A stretch of DNA of 64,000 bases from a virus, in IMG/VR virus record IMGVR_UViG_3300032236_000463, positions 2,837 to 66,836 of that record; one strand, written 5' to 3'. The notes below the pieces were generated by a model. The model was given only the letters and a program-made list of their open reading frames with translations, had not been told where the DNA came from and ran no database searches. Made by a program: the position numbers and the translations under genes. Shown here one piece after another: positions 21,401 through 31,077 of the stretch. Position 1 is the stretch's first letter, and each line of letters opens with the position of its first letter.

Positions 21401-23112
21401 CTAGTCCATCAGTAATTAGTAACTCAACTCAATCGTACTACTTAACTTCACCTATGAGTTACCCAGTACTAACCAATAGCTCTATATCAACAACTGCTAT
21501 TAATATTGCTGCTCCTGTTTACATCAGTAACCCAGCAATTACAACCTGGACAGTTGAGCGTGGAACAACTAATGGTCTTTGGACAAGCACAACTACTACT
21601 GCAACCTTACCAATAACTGATACAACAGTATCTGCTGGAACCACGTACTACTACAAACTTACTGGTACAAACGGTCAGTTAACATCATCCTCAGTATCAG
21701 GAACAGCAATTACTACGTACGCTGTACCTACTGCTCCATCTGGATTTACAGTTAACGCATCAGCATACAATACTGTATACCTAAACTGGACTGCATCTAC
21801 CACTAACAACGCTGCAAACCCCGTTATTGATTACAAGATTGAACGTGCTACAGATAGTGGGTTTACTACAAACCTTGTTACAGTATCGAGCACGGTTACT
21901 GGAGTTTCGTACACAGATGTTACTACGTCTCAACTAACAACATACTACTACCGAGTCTCTGCTAGAAATGGTTTAGGGTACTCTTCAGCATCTGCAACAG
22001 CAAGTGGTACAACCCCAGTACAACCTATTTACACGACCATTACTGCGTCAGCAACAACTGCTACGTATCCTTCATTAGTAACTATTTCTGGTACAGTATC
22101 CCCAGTTCCTACTGGTGGCTCAGTAGGTGTAGCTTGGACATCATCTTCACCTACATCCACGTCAGTTAACACAACTACTGGTGCCTGGTCTATTCCTAAT
22201 ATTGGATTCCCTGGAACTAACAACGGATTCCAAGCAACTTACACTGGATACAATGCATACCAAACATCATCAACAAATGGAAGTTATGTACTAAACCAGG
22301 GACAACCAGTAATAACTCAAAACCTAGTAGATGGTTCTAATGTTTCATCTTACATATTTAATGTAGGAAGTACAATGTACTACAAGGCATCACTGGCTCT
22401 ACCTACAACAAACACACCTCTGTCTGGTGAAACAATTAGATTCGAAGCCTATAATTCAACGTCAGCAACTTGGGAATCTATTGGAAGTGCTACTACAGAT
22501 GTCAACGGAGCAGTTCAAATTCCTTGGACACCTACAACAGTTGTGTACACGTATATTCGTGGTGTATATGATGGCTCAGTATACTACCAAGCATACACAT
22601 CTAACTCGTATTCAATAACTATTCGTAATAAATACACGGCAACATATAGTTCAGGTGGTTCTGGAAGTGTTGGAACATTAACACTATCTTCTGGTCAAGA
22701 GTTAGCCTCTACATTTGTAGTGCCTATTGTTAATGGTGCAGTAAATTATACAGTTGATTCTATGACACTAAGTATCGCTGGAAGTAGTTCATCGGTTACT
22801 GTTAAACCTTCTATCTGGACTAATGATACTATTGGTTCTGTTTTGTATCAAGGTGGCTCAAGTTCAGTTGCAAGTTCAGCATCTCCAGTAGTTAAAACAT
22901 TTACTGGAGTTAACCTTCCTGTTACAGCAGGAAGCACGTACTACGTTGGTTTATGGAGGAGTACAGCTTCTATGCTTTATTCATACGGAGCAGTAGCTAA
23001 CTCAACCACTGTTTATGACGATAGTGCTTCAACTGCGGGTGTTCTTAACCATGATAGAACATCAACTGGTAGAGGCATCAACTACACCGTTACGTACTCG
23101 TACTACAAGTAA
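18484..23112 (+). CDS. Long tail fibre / adhesin with tandem fibronectin type III and Ig-like domains
   Basis: Repeated P..P..V...V.W....Y.IERS.....W...Y.D......YYYRV.A.N FN3 signatures over 1542 aa. Confidence 0.88.
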   Translation: MRNSVEAATLAAVVTSVSIRSDGKAVTYNTQDPHNFKPGQSVTITGLTTNTAANLSGALISSVTAAGFTAYVPDVISATTGQLVSTSIATTAPTVASTTTAWVTNSWANQNKIRYGTPAPVTALPYFLDTTPSLSLSAVTYNSSGNGVVTISWSSLGASNPVATFTLTQSSVFGTVTLTSGATTSIGSTTVSNLVANNQYTYEITASNSVGSRATSAAVRIDPAIGSMGAVTATAKASVAGTITINWVAPSISAPSISNYYIQRATSTDGITFGDWSDLTSVSGTTLTYDDTTATTNSTYYKYQVRAYNGIVYTPYNQSAPTLANFLSTPTALPTYVSTSSVNISVTSSSFVSNPTVTSWKVERSLTGSGSWSTLTASTSTLPYVDSSVSQNVTYYYRITANNGQILSTSASSTGITTYAVPSSPSGVYSLAGASSVTVYWTASTVTNAATPVVNYVIERSTNNSTWTTVTTAVSGNATSYTDTSVNNSTSYYYRVTAVNGIGSSTPSTGVQDYYIATVTPTVSAIANTANQLSVTWSAPSSNPALSSYTLVRATSTDNVTWSSWSAPLSLSSPTATSYTESVALTSTYYKYQLTANNAQVSSTPAVSNSIQPYYITSPMTTPNVTRNNTDKNLTISTVSYVSNPAITTWTIERSLTGSSGWSTVVSTNALPVVDSSVALNTTYYYRLTGASAQLTSSPSSASYAVTTNAVPNAPTNVSAIATASNTVITWTASTVTNPNTPVLNYGIDRSTDGSTWTTITTGIAGVASTYTDTVGTSNSVYYYRVYATNIIGTSSYSTSILPYYANSTTPTAAGTSAKANSITITWSAPTSNPAISSYLLEQSSSTDNSTWGSWSTLPTTYTGLSISHSGGAPVLYDTISGFTSTAGLNVGQKVILSGFSNDIFNTPYETTITQVNSTSIRVTSNGTNGSGTGGQISVSGTSAITGTTYISPYLSSSTYYRYRLTVNNAQVSSPSVISNSTQSYYLTSPMSYPVLTNSSISTTAINIAAPVYISNPAITTWTVERGTTNGLWTSTTTTATLPITDTTVSAGTTYYYKLTGTNGQLTSSSVSGTAITTYAVPTAPSGFTVNASAYNTVYLNWTASTTNNAANPVIDYKIERATDSGFTTNLVTVSSTVTGVSYTDVTTSQLTTYYYRVSARNGLGYSSASATASGTTPVQPIYTTITASATTATYPSLVTISGTVSPVPTGGSVGVAWTSSSPTSTSVNTTTGAWSIPNIGFPGTNNGFQATYTGYNAYQTSSTNGSYVLNQGQPVITQNLVDGSNVSSYIFNVGSTMYYKASLALPTTNTPLSGETIRFEAYNSTSATWESIGSATTDVNGAVQIPWTPTTVVYTYIRGVYDGSVYYQAYTSNSYSITIRNKYTATYSSGGSGSVGTLTLSSGQELASTFVVPIVNGAVNYTVDSMTLSIAGSSSSVTVKPSIWTNDTIGSVLYQGGSSSVASSASPVVKTFTGVNLPVTAGSTYYVGLWRSTASMLYSYGAVANSTTVYDDSASTAGVLNHDRTSTGRGINYTVTYSYYK

Positions 23113-23127
23113 AATCTACATACCGAT

Positions 23128-23155
23128 TTGACGACTAAAAATCTTGATGTAGTAT
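23128..23155 (+). promoter_or_regulatory. Sigma70-type promoter for the replication operon
   Basis: TTGACG-16 nt-TAGTAT upstream of an AAGGAG RBS. Confidence 0.55.
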
Positions 23156-23183
23156 AAGTCTCCTAACCGTCTAAGGAGACAAC

Positions 23184-23726
23184 ATGTACGAAAATATCGT
23201 AGTGATTGGCAATGGTAAGACGAGCAGGGAAAACGTAGAAGCCCTGATTGACGACTATATTTATGCCAACAAAGAAGTAGTATTCCACCTAATCTCATCG
23301 GATAAACAGTCTGAGGGACAGGTATGGGCTAAGCAATACTTAACAGATAAAAAGATAACTGTTGAAGTTGGAACCTCGCTTAAAGTATATGAAAATGCAG
23401 CGTTCTTTATCCTATGGGATGATGAAGATGATGAGTCTGTAAACGCTCTAGCGAACGCTAAAGAACAGGGTATACCTGCGTTTGACCTCACAAACGGTCT
23501 AGTCGAGATAAGCCCATCAGAAACTATAGAAAAGATTGAGCGTCCTCGACCACACGTTGCGGAAATCATCGATAAGGTTGTCAAAGATAATAATAAATTA
23601 TTTGAGAAACTTTCTGACTCAGATGAGGAAGCTGAAGACGATGTGTATGAAGACCCATTATATGAAGGAATACGCATCATTGCTAGTATCTTTGCTGAAG
23701 AGTTTGCAAAGGTACTCAAAAAGTGA
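23184..23726 (+). CDS. Hypothetical protein (acidic C-terminus)
   Basis: 180-aa ORF with strong RBS. Confidence 0.7.
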   Translation: MYENIVVIGNGKTSRENVEALIDDYIYANKEVVFHLISSDKQSEGQVWAKQYLTDKKITVEVGTSLKVYENAAFFILWDDEDDESVNALANAKEQGIPAFDLTNGLVEISPSETIEKIERPRPHVAEIIDKVVKDNNKLFEKLSDSDEEAEDDVYEDPLYEGIRIIASIFAEEFAKVLKK

Positions 23727-24625
23727 TTTCAGCGGAAGCTACAGGCGTTTTGAGCGTCTGTGTGTACGAGGATGTACCCCCAACCTCTCCTGCCCTTGTA
23801 CGCCGTTTTAGAGGCATTAAGAGGCAAGGTGAGGACTACTTCAAACGAGTACTAAAAGAACTCCGAGAGATAGGGTTTATTGCCACAGATATCAGTAAGA
23901 TTGGTGGCAGGTTTCAGACCGAAAGTTGGGTAACATCTGAGGGTATTGACTACTTACAAGAGCGGGGTTTTCCCCCTCCCGTAAAGTCCATCACAGGAGA
24001 GGGATTTTCCACCCCCCTGTTACAGCAGAGTGAGCTAACTAGTACTAGTTATATAAGTAGCTTAATTAGTAAGGAATACACGGGGGGACCCCGTGAAGAA
24101 GTTTTCGAGAAAGTAGAATTGGAGGTAGCGGATATGTCATGGGGTGGACTCTTTGAGACCAACGTCTCTAGCGACAAGTTAGAAGAACGGGCTCAGGCAC
24201 AGAAGTTTAAGAAAGCCGAATACGATGCGGCTAAAGAAGAAGCACGAACAGAGAAGTTAATCAAGCGGCAGGATATTCATCCATCACAATGGACGTGTAG
24301 CGATGTTGCCTATGAGTTTGGTTCTCGTATCCAAGCCAAGTGGCATATCAAACCCTGGTCAGTTAGAGGTAGCCGATTTAGTCAGGCTCTGGGTACGTTT
24401 AGGAAACAACACGATACCAACGGTGAGATTGAATTAATCCTTCTAGATATGTTTTTTTCTACAGTCGATTTGGACAAATACGACAACGGCGAAATACTAT
24501 GGAAGATGTTTATTAAGCGTTCTCCAGATTACCTAACTCAGGCTAGGGGAATGGTTCGTACCGAAGAACAGTTAGAGGATGCAAAGGCATCTGCTAAGAA
24601 GTCACAGGAGTGGTTGTATGAGTAA
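23723..24625 (+). CDS. Putative replication initiator (wHTH-like N-terminus)
   Basis: LKELREIGFI wHTH-like segment; lies upstream of a DnaC-like loader. Confidence 0.5.
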   Translation: MISAEATGVLSVCVYEDVPPTSPALVRRFRGIKRQGEDYFKRVLKELREIGFIATDISKIGGRFQTESWVTSEGIDYLQERGFPPPVKSITGEGFSTPLLQQSELTSTSYISSLISKEYTGGPREEVFEKVELEVADMSWGGLFETNVSSDKLEERAQAQKFKKAEYDAAKEEARTEKLIKRQDIHPSQWTCSDVAYEFGSRIQAKWHIKPWSVRGSRFSQALGTFRKQHDTNGEIELILLDMFFSTVDLDKYDNGEILWKMFIKRSPDYLTQARGMVRTEEQLEDAKASAKKSQEWLYE

Positions 24626-24761
24626 CATGAAAGATGAAGCGCTACGTATTGCTGAAGAGCAAGAGCGCGATAGTCAAATGCGCGCGGCTGGTCTTACCAG
24701 AGAAACTATGGATAAGATAAACGCTTATATACGTAACGCCCAGGAGAAGAAGAATGATTAA
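24618..24761 (+). CDS. Small hypothetical protein (47 aa)
   Basis: Overlaps both neighbouring genes; GGAG upstream. Confidence 0.55.
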   Translation: MSNMKDEALRIAEEQERDSQMRAAGLTRETMDKINAYIRNAQEKKND

Positions 24762-25443
24762 GACAGATGAACTTCCTGTACGCAGGCGTTCTTGGGTACA
24801 GGTTGCTGGAGTTCCTAAAGCACGTATGGGCTGGGAACTATCAGACTGCAAAGAAATAACCAAAGGCGATATGTCACTTGCTAAAGCTTGGATTGATAAA
24901 GTGCGTGATGGTTCTGTGATTCGTGCCGAAGGAAAGAAAACCTGCGGTAAAGGTTTACTTCTTGTAGGTGAACCAGGTCATGGTAAAACTACGTTTGCTT
25001 TATCCATTATTCAAGAGATGGTTAGGACGTTTCCATTAGATGCTTTTTCAGTAGATACAAATAAAGCGCTCGTGACTCCATGTTACTTTGCCACATTTAA
25101 TGATATCATTGACTTAAAAGGTGCTCTAATGGGTGAACATACCGATGAGCAGGAACGTCTGTTCTTAGGTATGCACGGTGAGTGCAAAGATGATGCTTAT
25201 AACATACGCGTCTTAGTGATTGATGACGTGGGTAAAGAGCATACATCTGGTACAGGGTGGCAGCGTTCTATGCTACACCATCTACTACGCACTAGGTTTA
25301 ATAACGGTTTACCAACTATTATTACTACAAACCTTGCAGTAGACGCTTGGGATGCAGCATATGGTAACGCCACTGAAAGTTTCATACGTGAGGCTTTTGC
25401 AATTATTGAACTACAATCTACCAATGGAGACTTGCGACGATGA
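24754..25443 (+). CDS. DnaC/IstB-like AAA+ helicase loader
   Basis: Walker A GEPGHGKT, Walker B LVIDDVGKE, R.NNGLPTIITTN. Confidence 0.9.
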   Translation: MIKTDELPVRRRSWVQVAGVPKARMGWELSDCKEITKGDMSLAKAWIDKVRDGSVIRAEGKKTCGKGLLLVGEPGHGKTTFALSIIQEMVRTFPLDAFSVDTNKALVTPCYFATFNDIIDLKGALMGEHTDEQERLFLGMHGECKDDAYNIRVLVIDDVGKEHTSGTGWQRSMLHHLLRTRFNNGLPTIITTNLAVDAWDAAYGNATESFIREAFAIIELQSTNGDLRR

Positions 25444-25751
25444 TGGAGGGTACAATGAAAGACACACGTGTAGTACAGATGTTCCTTAGCCAATCTATGG
25501 AGCCAGGTCCTGGAATCTACGAAGTAAGCACTACAAAGGATAAAGAATTTATTTGTACGTGCCCAGGGTTCAATGGTAGAAGTACTTGTAAACATGTAAA
25601 GTTTGTAAAAGCTCGTGTTGATAGTAACAAGGGAACTTACCCATTAGAGATATCAACTCGCTGTACCCCAGAGGATGCTGATAAAGCACAGGAGTCAGCA
25701 GAGGCTTTTCGTAACTTTATTATTAAGTACGGAAAAATAGAGGTCTGTTAA
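25440..25751 (+). CDS. SWIM zinc-finger protein
   Basis: YEV...CTCPGF..R..CKHV. Confidence 0.8.
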   Translation: MMEGTMKDTRVVQMFLSQSMEPGPGIYEVSTTKDKEFICTCPGFNGRSTCKHVKFVKARVDSNKGTYPLEISTRCTPEDADKAQESAEAFRNFIIKYGKIEVC

Positions 25752-25753
25752 AA

Positions 25754-26149
25754 ATGTACAAAGGGGATATTAGTAACAACGCACCAAAACGTGTGTTAGT
25801 TGCTGAGGAACTTGTGTTTGTAAAAAAGCAGCACATAGAGAAGAAGTTTAAGTTCTTCCCAGTTGTTAAGACAGAGCACCAGTATGACAAATTTATGCTT
25901 AATAAGTTATACCAGTTTACTACTAACCGAATGGTTACTTTAGAACTGGTATCTTTTGAGCACGATTATGCTGAACTAGAAATCATGTACAACGAATTAG
26001 ATAGGGCTGGGCTAAACCCATTCCGAGGATTCGCATACTATAAATCACCACAGAAGTTAGTGGCAGACCTGCCATACAGACCAGAAGTAATCGGAGTACT
26101 TGACCCAGAGAACCAATTGATGTATGGTCACTGGGGCATAGACCTTTAA
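25754..26149 (+). CDS. Hypothetical protein
   Basis: 131-aa ORF within the operon. Confidence 0.6.
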   Translation: MYKGDISNNAPKRVLVAEELVFVKKQHIEKKFKFFPVVKTEHQYDKFMLNKLYQFTTNRMVTLELVSFEHDYAELEIMYNELDRAGLNPFRGFAYYKSPQKLVADLPYRPEVIGVLDPENQLMYGHWGIDL

Positions 26150-26157
26150 GGAATAAT

Positions 26158-27387
26158 ATGAATTACGAAACAGAATTAATTAATCGGGCTATACAAGACC
26201 AAGATTTAACACCAATGTTTGAACGCGGTGTTCAAGATGATTGGTTTACCAATGCGTTAGAGCAAAGGATTTGGCAGTTCTTATGTGAGCATAACTCTAA
26301 GTACGGGCAGTTGCCTAGTATGGATGTGCTTACTGATAACTTCCCTACCTATACTTTCCGACCTGTAACAGACAATCCATTTTTCTTAATTGACCAGATT
26401 GTCGAATCAAAGAAAAAAGCTGTAGTGCATGACTTCATGCGTACTGCCATTGAAGATATTGAACAGCGCAAGGACTACAGTGCCGCAGTTGAAAGTATCC
26501 AAGTAGGTCTCAGCGCGTTACAGGGTAACGGTCTTTCTGGTTCATCAGACCTAGACCTAACTAAAGATGCAGAGAAGCGCTGGGAAGAATACCTTGAGCG
26601 CAAGAGCTTGCCTAATGGTCTACGTGGTATCCCTACAGGATTTGCTACTATTGATGCGGCAACTAGTGGGCTACAAAAAGGTCAGTTGATTGTTGTAGTT
26701 GCTCCACCTAAAACAGGTAAGTCAACTCTTGCTATGCAAATTGCTAACAACGTCCATCTTTCTGGATACTCTCCAGTATTCCAGTCTTTTGAGATGTTGA
26801 ACTCTGAACAGGCTACTCGATACGACTCTATGCGTGCCCGAGTATCTCACCATAGACTAGCAACAGGAACACTTACACCAGAAGAAGAGACGCGATACCA
26901 AGCAAAGTTGAAGAGCATATCTAAAATGGATACTAGGTTCTGGCTTACCGAGTCGTCTAACGCGTTAACTGTAAGTGGCATTTCTAATAAGATTCAGTCA
27001 CTAAGACCAGATGTACTGTTTCTAGACGGTGTATACCTTATGAAGGACGAGCAGTCTGGTGAGGCTAATACCCCGCTTGCTCTAACTAATATTACCCGTT
27101 CATTGAAGCGTCTTGCTCAAACTGCTGAAATTCCTATTGTGGTTTCTACGCAGGCTCTGAAGTGGAAGATGAACAAGGGTCAGGTAACTGCGGACTCTGT
27201 TGGTTATTCCTCATCTTTCTTGCAGGATGCTGACGTGTTGTTTGGTCTACAACGTGAGGACGAGAACGTAGATGATATGCGTATCCTTAAGGTCCTTGCC
27301 AGCCGTAACTGTGGACCTATGGAAGTATCTATGGTATGGGATTGGAACACTGGTGACTTCCGAGAGATTAGTGGAGATGATTACTAA
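26158..27387 (+). CDS. dnaB: Replicative DnaB-like helicase
   Basis: GIPTGF..ID....GLQ.GQL, Walker A APPKTGKS, SFEM, QDAD motifs. Confidence 0.93.
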   Translation: MNYETELINRAIQDQDLTPMFERGVQDDWFTNALEQRIWQFLCEHNSKYGQLPSMDVLTDNFPTYTFRPVTDNPFFLIDQIVESKKKAVVHDFMRTAIEDIEQRKDYSAAVESIQVGLSALQGNGLSGSSDLDLTKDAEKRWEEYLERKSLPNGLRGIPTGFATIDAATSGLQKGQLIVVVAPPKTGKSTLAMQIANNVHLSGYSPVFQSFEMLNSEQATRYDSMRARVSHHRLATGTLTPEEETRYQAKLKSISKMDTRFWLTESSNALTVSGISNKIQSLRPDVLFLDGVYLMKDEQSGEANTPLALTNITRSLKRLAQTAEIPIVVSTQALKWKMNKGQVTADSVGYSSSFLQDADVLFGLQREDENVDDMRILKVLASRNCGPMEVSMVWDWNTGDFREISGDDY

Positions 27388-28334
27388 TGAAGGTTGAGGA
27401 GATGGAAGGCGTACTTGACCGTTTAGGTGTTGAGTACGTTGGCTCACGAGGAGATGAGATTCAAGGTTACTGCCCAGGACATGAAGCTCGCACAGGTAAG
27501 GTGGACCGCAATCCTTCTTGGTATATCAATTCTGAAACAGGTGCACATATTTGTTTCTCCTGCCAGTTCAAAGGAAGCCTGCAGTCTCTAGTCAGTTACC
27601 TAAATGGTTTTGAAACTTTAGACGAAGCCAAAGAGTGGATAAACGTAGGAGGAGAACTTAGCGAAGCGCTTGAGCGTGCTCTTACTAAAAAGAAAGAAGT
27701 GTTTGAGGAACTGGTATATGTATCAGAAGCAACTCTTGCTGCTTTCGTAGAGCCTCCGTCTCACGCACTACGCTCACGTGGTCTAACCCAGGATGCAGCG
27801 TACCTGCATGAAATTCTGTGGGATAGTTTACGAGACAACTGGATTATTCCAATACGAGACCCAGAGAGTAAGAAGTTAATGGGGTGGCAGGAAAAAGGTT
27901 TTGTAGGCAGATACTTCAGAAACCAGCCACAGGGTATGCAAAAGAGCCTATCTTTATTTGGGTATGACAAGTACACAGGTGGGGATATGATTTTGGTTGA
28001 GTCTCCTTTAGATGTAGTTCGACTGGAGTCTGTAGGTATATCTGGTGGTGTCGCTAGTTTTGGTACATCTGTATCAGAGGAACAGATTAAACTATTAAAG
28101 TCTGCAGATAGAGTCATAATTGCAATGGACAATGACCAACCTGGTCAATACGCATCCTCTCAGGTACTAATTAACTTGTTAGATATAGAGAAAGACGCAT
28201 GGTTCTTTAACTACGGAGAGTCAGATGTAAAGGATGTTGGAGCCATGAGTAGACAAGAAATATTAAATGGTATAGACTCGGCAGTGCACTCTATCCGCTA
28301 CTCATTATGGGGACAGAGCGTAAGCTCTAACTAA
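27387..28334 (+). CDS. dnaG: DNA primase (Zn finger + TOPRIM)
   Basis: CPGH...CFSC zinc finger; VESPLD, MDNDQPG and KDVG TOPRIM motifs. Confidence 0.9.
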   Translation: MKVEEMEGVLDRLGVEYVGSRGDEIQGYCPGHEARTGKVDRNPSWYINSETGAHICFSCQFKGSLQSLVSYLNGFETLDEAKEWINVGGELSEALERALTKKKEVFEELVYVSEATLAAFVEPPSHALRSRGLTQDAAYLHEILWDSLRDNWIIPIRDPESKKLMGWQEKGFVGRYFRNQPQGMQKSLSLFGYDKYTGGDMILVESPLDVVRLESVGISGGVASFGTSVSEEQIKLLKSADRVIIAMDNDQPGQYASSQVLINLLDIEKDAWFFNYGESDVKDVGAMSRQEILNGIDSAVHSIRYSLWGQSVSSN

Positions 28335-28352
28335 AATCTATTAGGAGATAAA

Positions 28353-28763
28353 ATGGCATTGCCAATTAAGAATGGACACATTGGAACACCTTACGGTAAA
28401 CCAGGTGCTATCTGGATGGCAGGACACCACCAAGGAGTAGACTTCCCTACCCCTGTTGGCACACCTGTACTTGCAGCAGCAGATGGAACTGTGATTGGAG
28501 TCGGTCAGTGCTGGGGACCTAACTTCGGTAACCACCAGGTCATCGTTAAGCACGTAGTTGAAAAGCGAGCCTTCTACACTATCTACGCACACTGCTCTTC
28601 TGACTTTGTAAAGGTCGGAGAAGAAGTAAAGAAGGGTCAGAAGATTGCCCTTTCTGGTGCTGAGGGTCACGTTACTGGACCGCACTTACATTTCGAAGCA
28701 CATACTGTATCGCACTGGGATACTAAGACTGACGTTAACCCGCAGCCTTTGCTAGACGCATAG
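28353..28763 (+). CDS. M23 family peptidoglycan endopeptidase
   Basis: H.GVDF....GTPVLAAADG, YAH, GPHLHFE. Confidence 0.92.
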   Translation: MALPIKNGHIGTPYGKPGAIWMAGHHQGVDFPTPVGTPVLAAADGTVIGVGQCWGPNFGNHQVIVKHVVEKRAFYTIYAHCSSDFVKVGEEVKKGQKIALSGAEGHVTGPHLHFEAHTVSHWDTKTDVNPQPLLDA

Positions 28764-28764
28764 T

Positions 28765-30351
28765 ATGTTCACAGGTACGCTATTCCCGTACCAAGTCGAA
28801 GCCGTGGAGCGTATGTGCGAGCAACAAAAAATGCTCGTAGCATACGACCTCGGTCTCGGCAAAACTGTTCTAACCATAGCCGCGTTAGAACGGTTAATGG
28901 ATGAGGGGAAAATAAAAGAACCAGGGCTTATCGTTTGCCTGTCCAGTTTAAAATACCAGTGGGCTAATTCTATTGATAAGTTTACTGACAATACATCAGT
29001 CCCACTAGTCATTGACGGAACCCCCAAGCAACGTCAGGCTCAATATGCTCAGGCTATGGACTGGCATAATACTCAAGTTGATTACGTCATTATGAACTAC
29101 GAACAAATAGTTAATGACTGGGAGTATGTAAAGAAACTTCCACGCGGATTTGTTGTACTAGACGAAGCGACCGCTATTAAATCTTTTAGGTCTAAACGCT
29201 CAAAGCAAGTAAAGAAGCTATCTGATTCACCATTTAAGTTTGCTCTAACTGGTACTCCAATTGAAAATGGCAAGCCAGAAGAGTTGTACTCAATCATGCA
29301 GTTTGTAGATAAGGAGGTGCTAGGGCGCTTTGACATTTTTGACTCAGCATTTATTGTCCGTAATACTTGGGGCGGTGTTGATAGGTATAGAAATTTACCT
29401 ACGCTACATACAAAAATGAAAGAGGCTTCCGTAAGGAAGTCACAGAAAGACCCAGATGTAGCACCCTACTTACCAGAGTCTATTCATAAAGACCCACTGC
29501 TCGTATACTTAGACCGAAAGTCAGCAAAACTATACAAGAAAATAGCTAACGACCTGATACAGGACCTAGATGCTGCTCAGGACCTATTTGGCAAATCTTT
29601 TAATCTGTTATCTCATTACGGCTATGCGTCTAGCAATGGCGGACAAGCAGATGAGGTACGTGGGGCAATCATGTCTAAGGTTGGTTGCCTTAAAATGCTA
29701 TGCTCCCACCCAGACCTGGTAAAGATTAGCGCAAATAAATTTAAGAATATGACTGGCGATGGTTCATCTTACGCTTACGAACTTCTAGATGGGGGACACC
29801 TAGATGGTGTAAACTCTGCTAATAAGTTTGATACTTTAATTGAATATGTAAAAGACTTCTTGTCACAACGAGAAGATAACAAAGTCGTTATCTTTGCTAC
29901 GTATGTAGATATGGTTGACCTAATACAGAAAGCATTAGGTGAGGATATAGCCAAAACATATACTGGCAGACTAGATGCAAAGACTAAAGAGGAGAATAAA
30001 ATTGCTTTCAACACTGATTCATCGGTACGGGTTTTGGTCAGTAGCGATGCTGGTGGTTATGGTGTGGACCTTCCTGCCGCTAATCTGCTGGTTAATTATG
30101 ATTTACCTTGGTCGTCAGGTCTTGCGGTACAAAGAAATGGACGAATCAAACGAGCCTCCAGTACCTGGGAAACAATTGTAATTCAAGATATATTGGTAGC
30201 CAATTCTATTGAAGAGCGCCAACATGCTTCACTACAGCAAAAAAGTTCTGTGGCTAGTGCGGTTATTGATGGTGAAGGTATAGATGATAAAGGTGGGGTT
30301 GAACTAAATCTCGGTACTTTACGTCAGTTCATACTATCTTCTTCAGTTTAA
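28765..30351 (+). CDS. SNF2-family helicase/ATPase
   Basis: DLGLGKT, LDEAT, LTGTPIEN, G.GVDL..AN...YDLPW, QRNGRI.R. Confidence 0.92.
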   Translation: MFTGTLFPYQVEAVERMCEQQKMLVAYDLGLGKTVLTIAALERLMDEGKIKEPGLIVCLSSLKYQWANSIDKFTDNTSVPLVIDGTPKQRQAQYAQAMDWHNTQVDYVIMNYEQIVNDWEYVKKLPRGFVVLDEATAIKSFRSKRSKQVKKLSDSPFKFALTGTPIENGKPEELYSIMQFVDKEVLGRFDIFDSAFIVRNTWGGVDRYRNLPTLHTKMKEASVRKSQKDPDVAPYLPESIHKDPLLVYLDRKSAKLYKKIANDLIQDLDAAQDLFGKSFNLLSHYGYASSNGGQADEVRGAIMSKVGCLKMLCSHPDLVKISANKFKNMTGDGSSYAYELLDGGHLDGVNSANKFDTLIEYVKDFLSQREDNKVVIFATYVDMVDLIQKALGEDIAKTYTGRLDAKTKEENKIAFNTDSSVRVLVSSDAGGYGVDLPAANLLVNYDLPWSSGLAVQRNGRIKRASSTWETIVIQDILVANSIEERQHASLQQKSSVASAVIDGEGIDDKGGVELNLGTLRQFILSSSV

Positions 30352-30393
30352 GTCAGGTTGAACTCTCCCTAATTATTTGATAGGGTGGAGTTA

Positions 30394-30852
30394 ATGTTAG
30401 ACAAAACCAAACGTCTGACCACCGCTATAGCGCTTCTTACTAGCTTGCTAGTATCGCTACCTATAGCCCAGGGTCAGGCTAACGCTAATGCGAAACAGAC
30501 GAAATGCAGGACGCAAACCGCGTCAAGAACGTACGCTCGTGTACCGTATGCTTCTCCAGAATATAATAAACGGTTAGCCCAAACAATCATGGTGGCTAAA
30601 TACGACTGGTGTGGTGGTCAATATACTTGTCTACACACTCTATGGACTAATGAGAGTGGCTGGCAGGTTACCGCACATAACCCATCGTCAGGTGCTCACG
30701 GAATACCACAGGCACTACCAGGAACTAAAATGGGTACGGGTTGGAAATCTAATCCTTCCGTTCAAGTTAGATGGGGTCTAAAGTATATTAAAATAAGGTA
30801 CGGAACACCGTGCCAGGCTCTCCAATTTTGGAATAGCCACAACTGGTATTAG
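30394..30852 (+). CDS. Lytic transglycosylase-like (SLT / aggregation-promoting-factor type) secreted protein
   Basis: Signal-like N-terminus; CL..LW.NESGW...A.NPSSGAHGIPQALP...Q..WGL.YI..RYG.PC.A..FW..H.WY. Start could be 30385. Confidence 0.88.
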   Translation: MLDKTKRLTTAIALLTSLLVSLPIAQGQANANAKQTKCRTQTASRTYARVPYASPEYNKRLAQTIMVAKYDWCGGQYTCLHTLWTNESGWQVTAHNPSSGAHGIPQALPGTKMGTGWKSNPSVQVRWGLKYIKIRYGTPCQALQFWNSHNWY

Positions 30853-30865
30853 AATAGGAATACCA

Positions 30866-30940
30866 TCCCGCTTAGCTCAACGGCAGAGCAGCCGACTGTT
30901 AATCGGCAGGTTATTGGTTCGAATCCACTAGCGGGAGCCA
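30866..30940 (+). tRNA. tRNA-Asn(GTT), CCA encoded
   Basis: Cloverleaf: TCCCGCT/AGCGGGA acceptor stem, GCCGA-CTGTTAA-TCGGC anticodon arm, TTCGAAT loop; one T-stem mismatch. Confidence 0.93.
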
Positions 30941-30941
30941 A

Positions 30942-31014
30942 GCCCCCTTAGCTCAGGGGATAGAGCAGCAGGTTTCTACCCTGCGTGTCGCTGGTTCGAA
31001 TCCAGCAGGGGGTA
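30942..31014 (+). tRNA. tRNA-Arg(TCT), CCA not encoded
   Basis: GCCCCCT/AGGGGGT acceptor stem, GCAGG-TTTCTAC-CCTGC anticodon arm, GCTGG-TTCGAAT-CCAGC T arm. Confidence 0.93.
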
Positions 31015-31077
31015 CGATTTGCGCGTTGCTAATTGTGTGCTATGCTGTACCTACACCCTATAACAATAAGGAAAAAT

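Noticed and set aside
310-23719. Many minus-strand ORFs opposite structural genes (e.g. 7340-8098, 601-990) and alternate-frame ORFs
   Set aside because: Shadow ORFs caused by codon bias of the real genes; no RBS or recognisable motifs.
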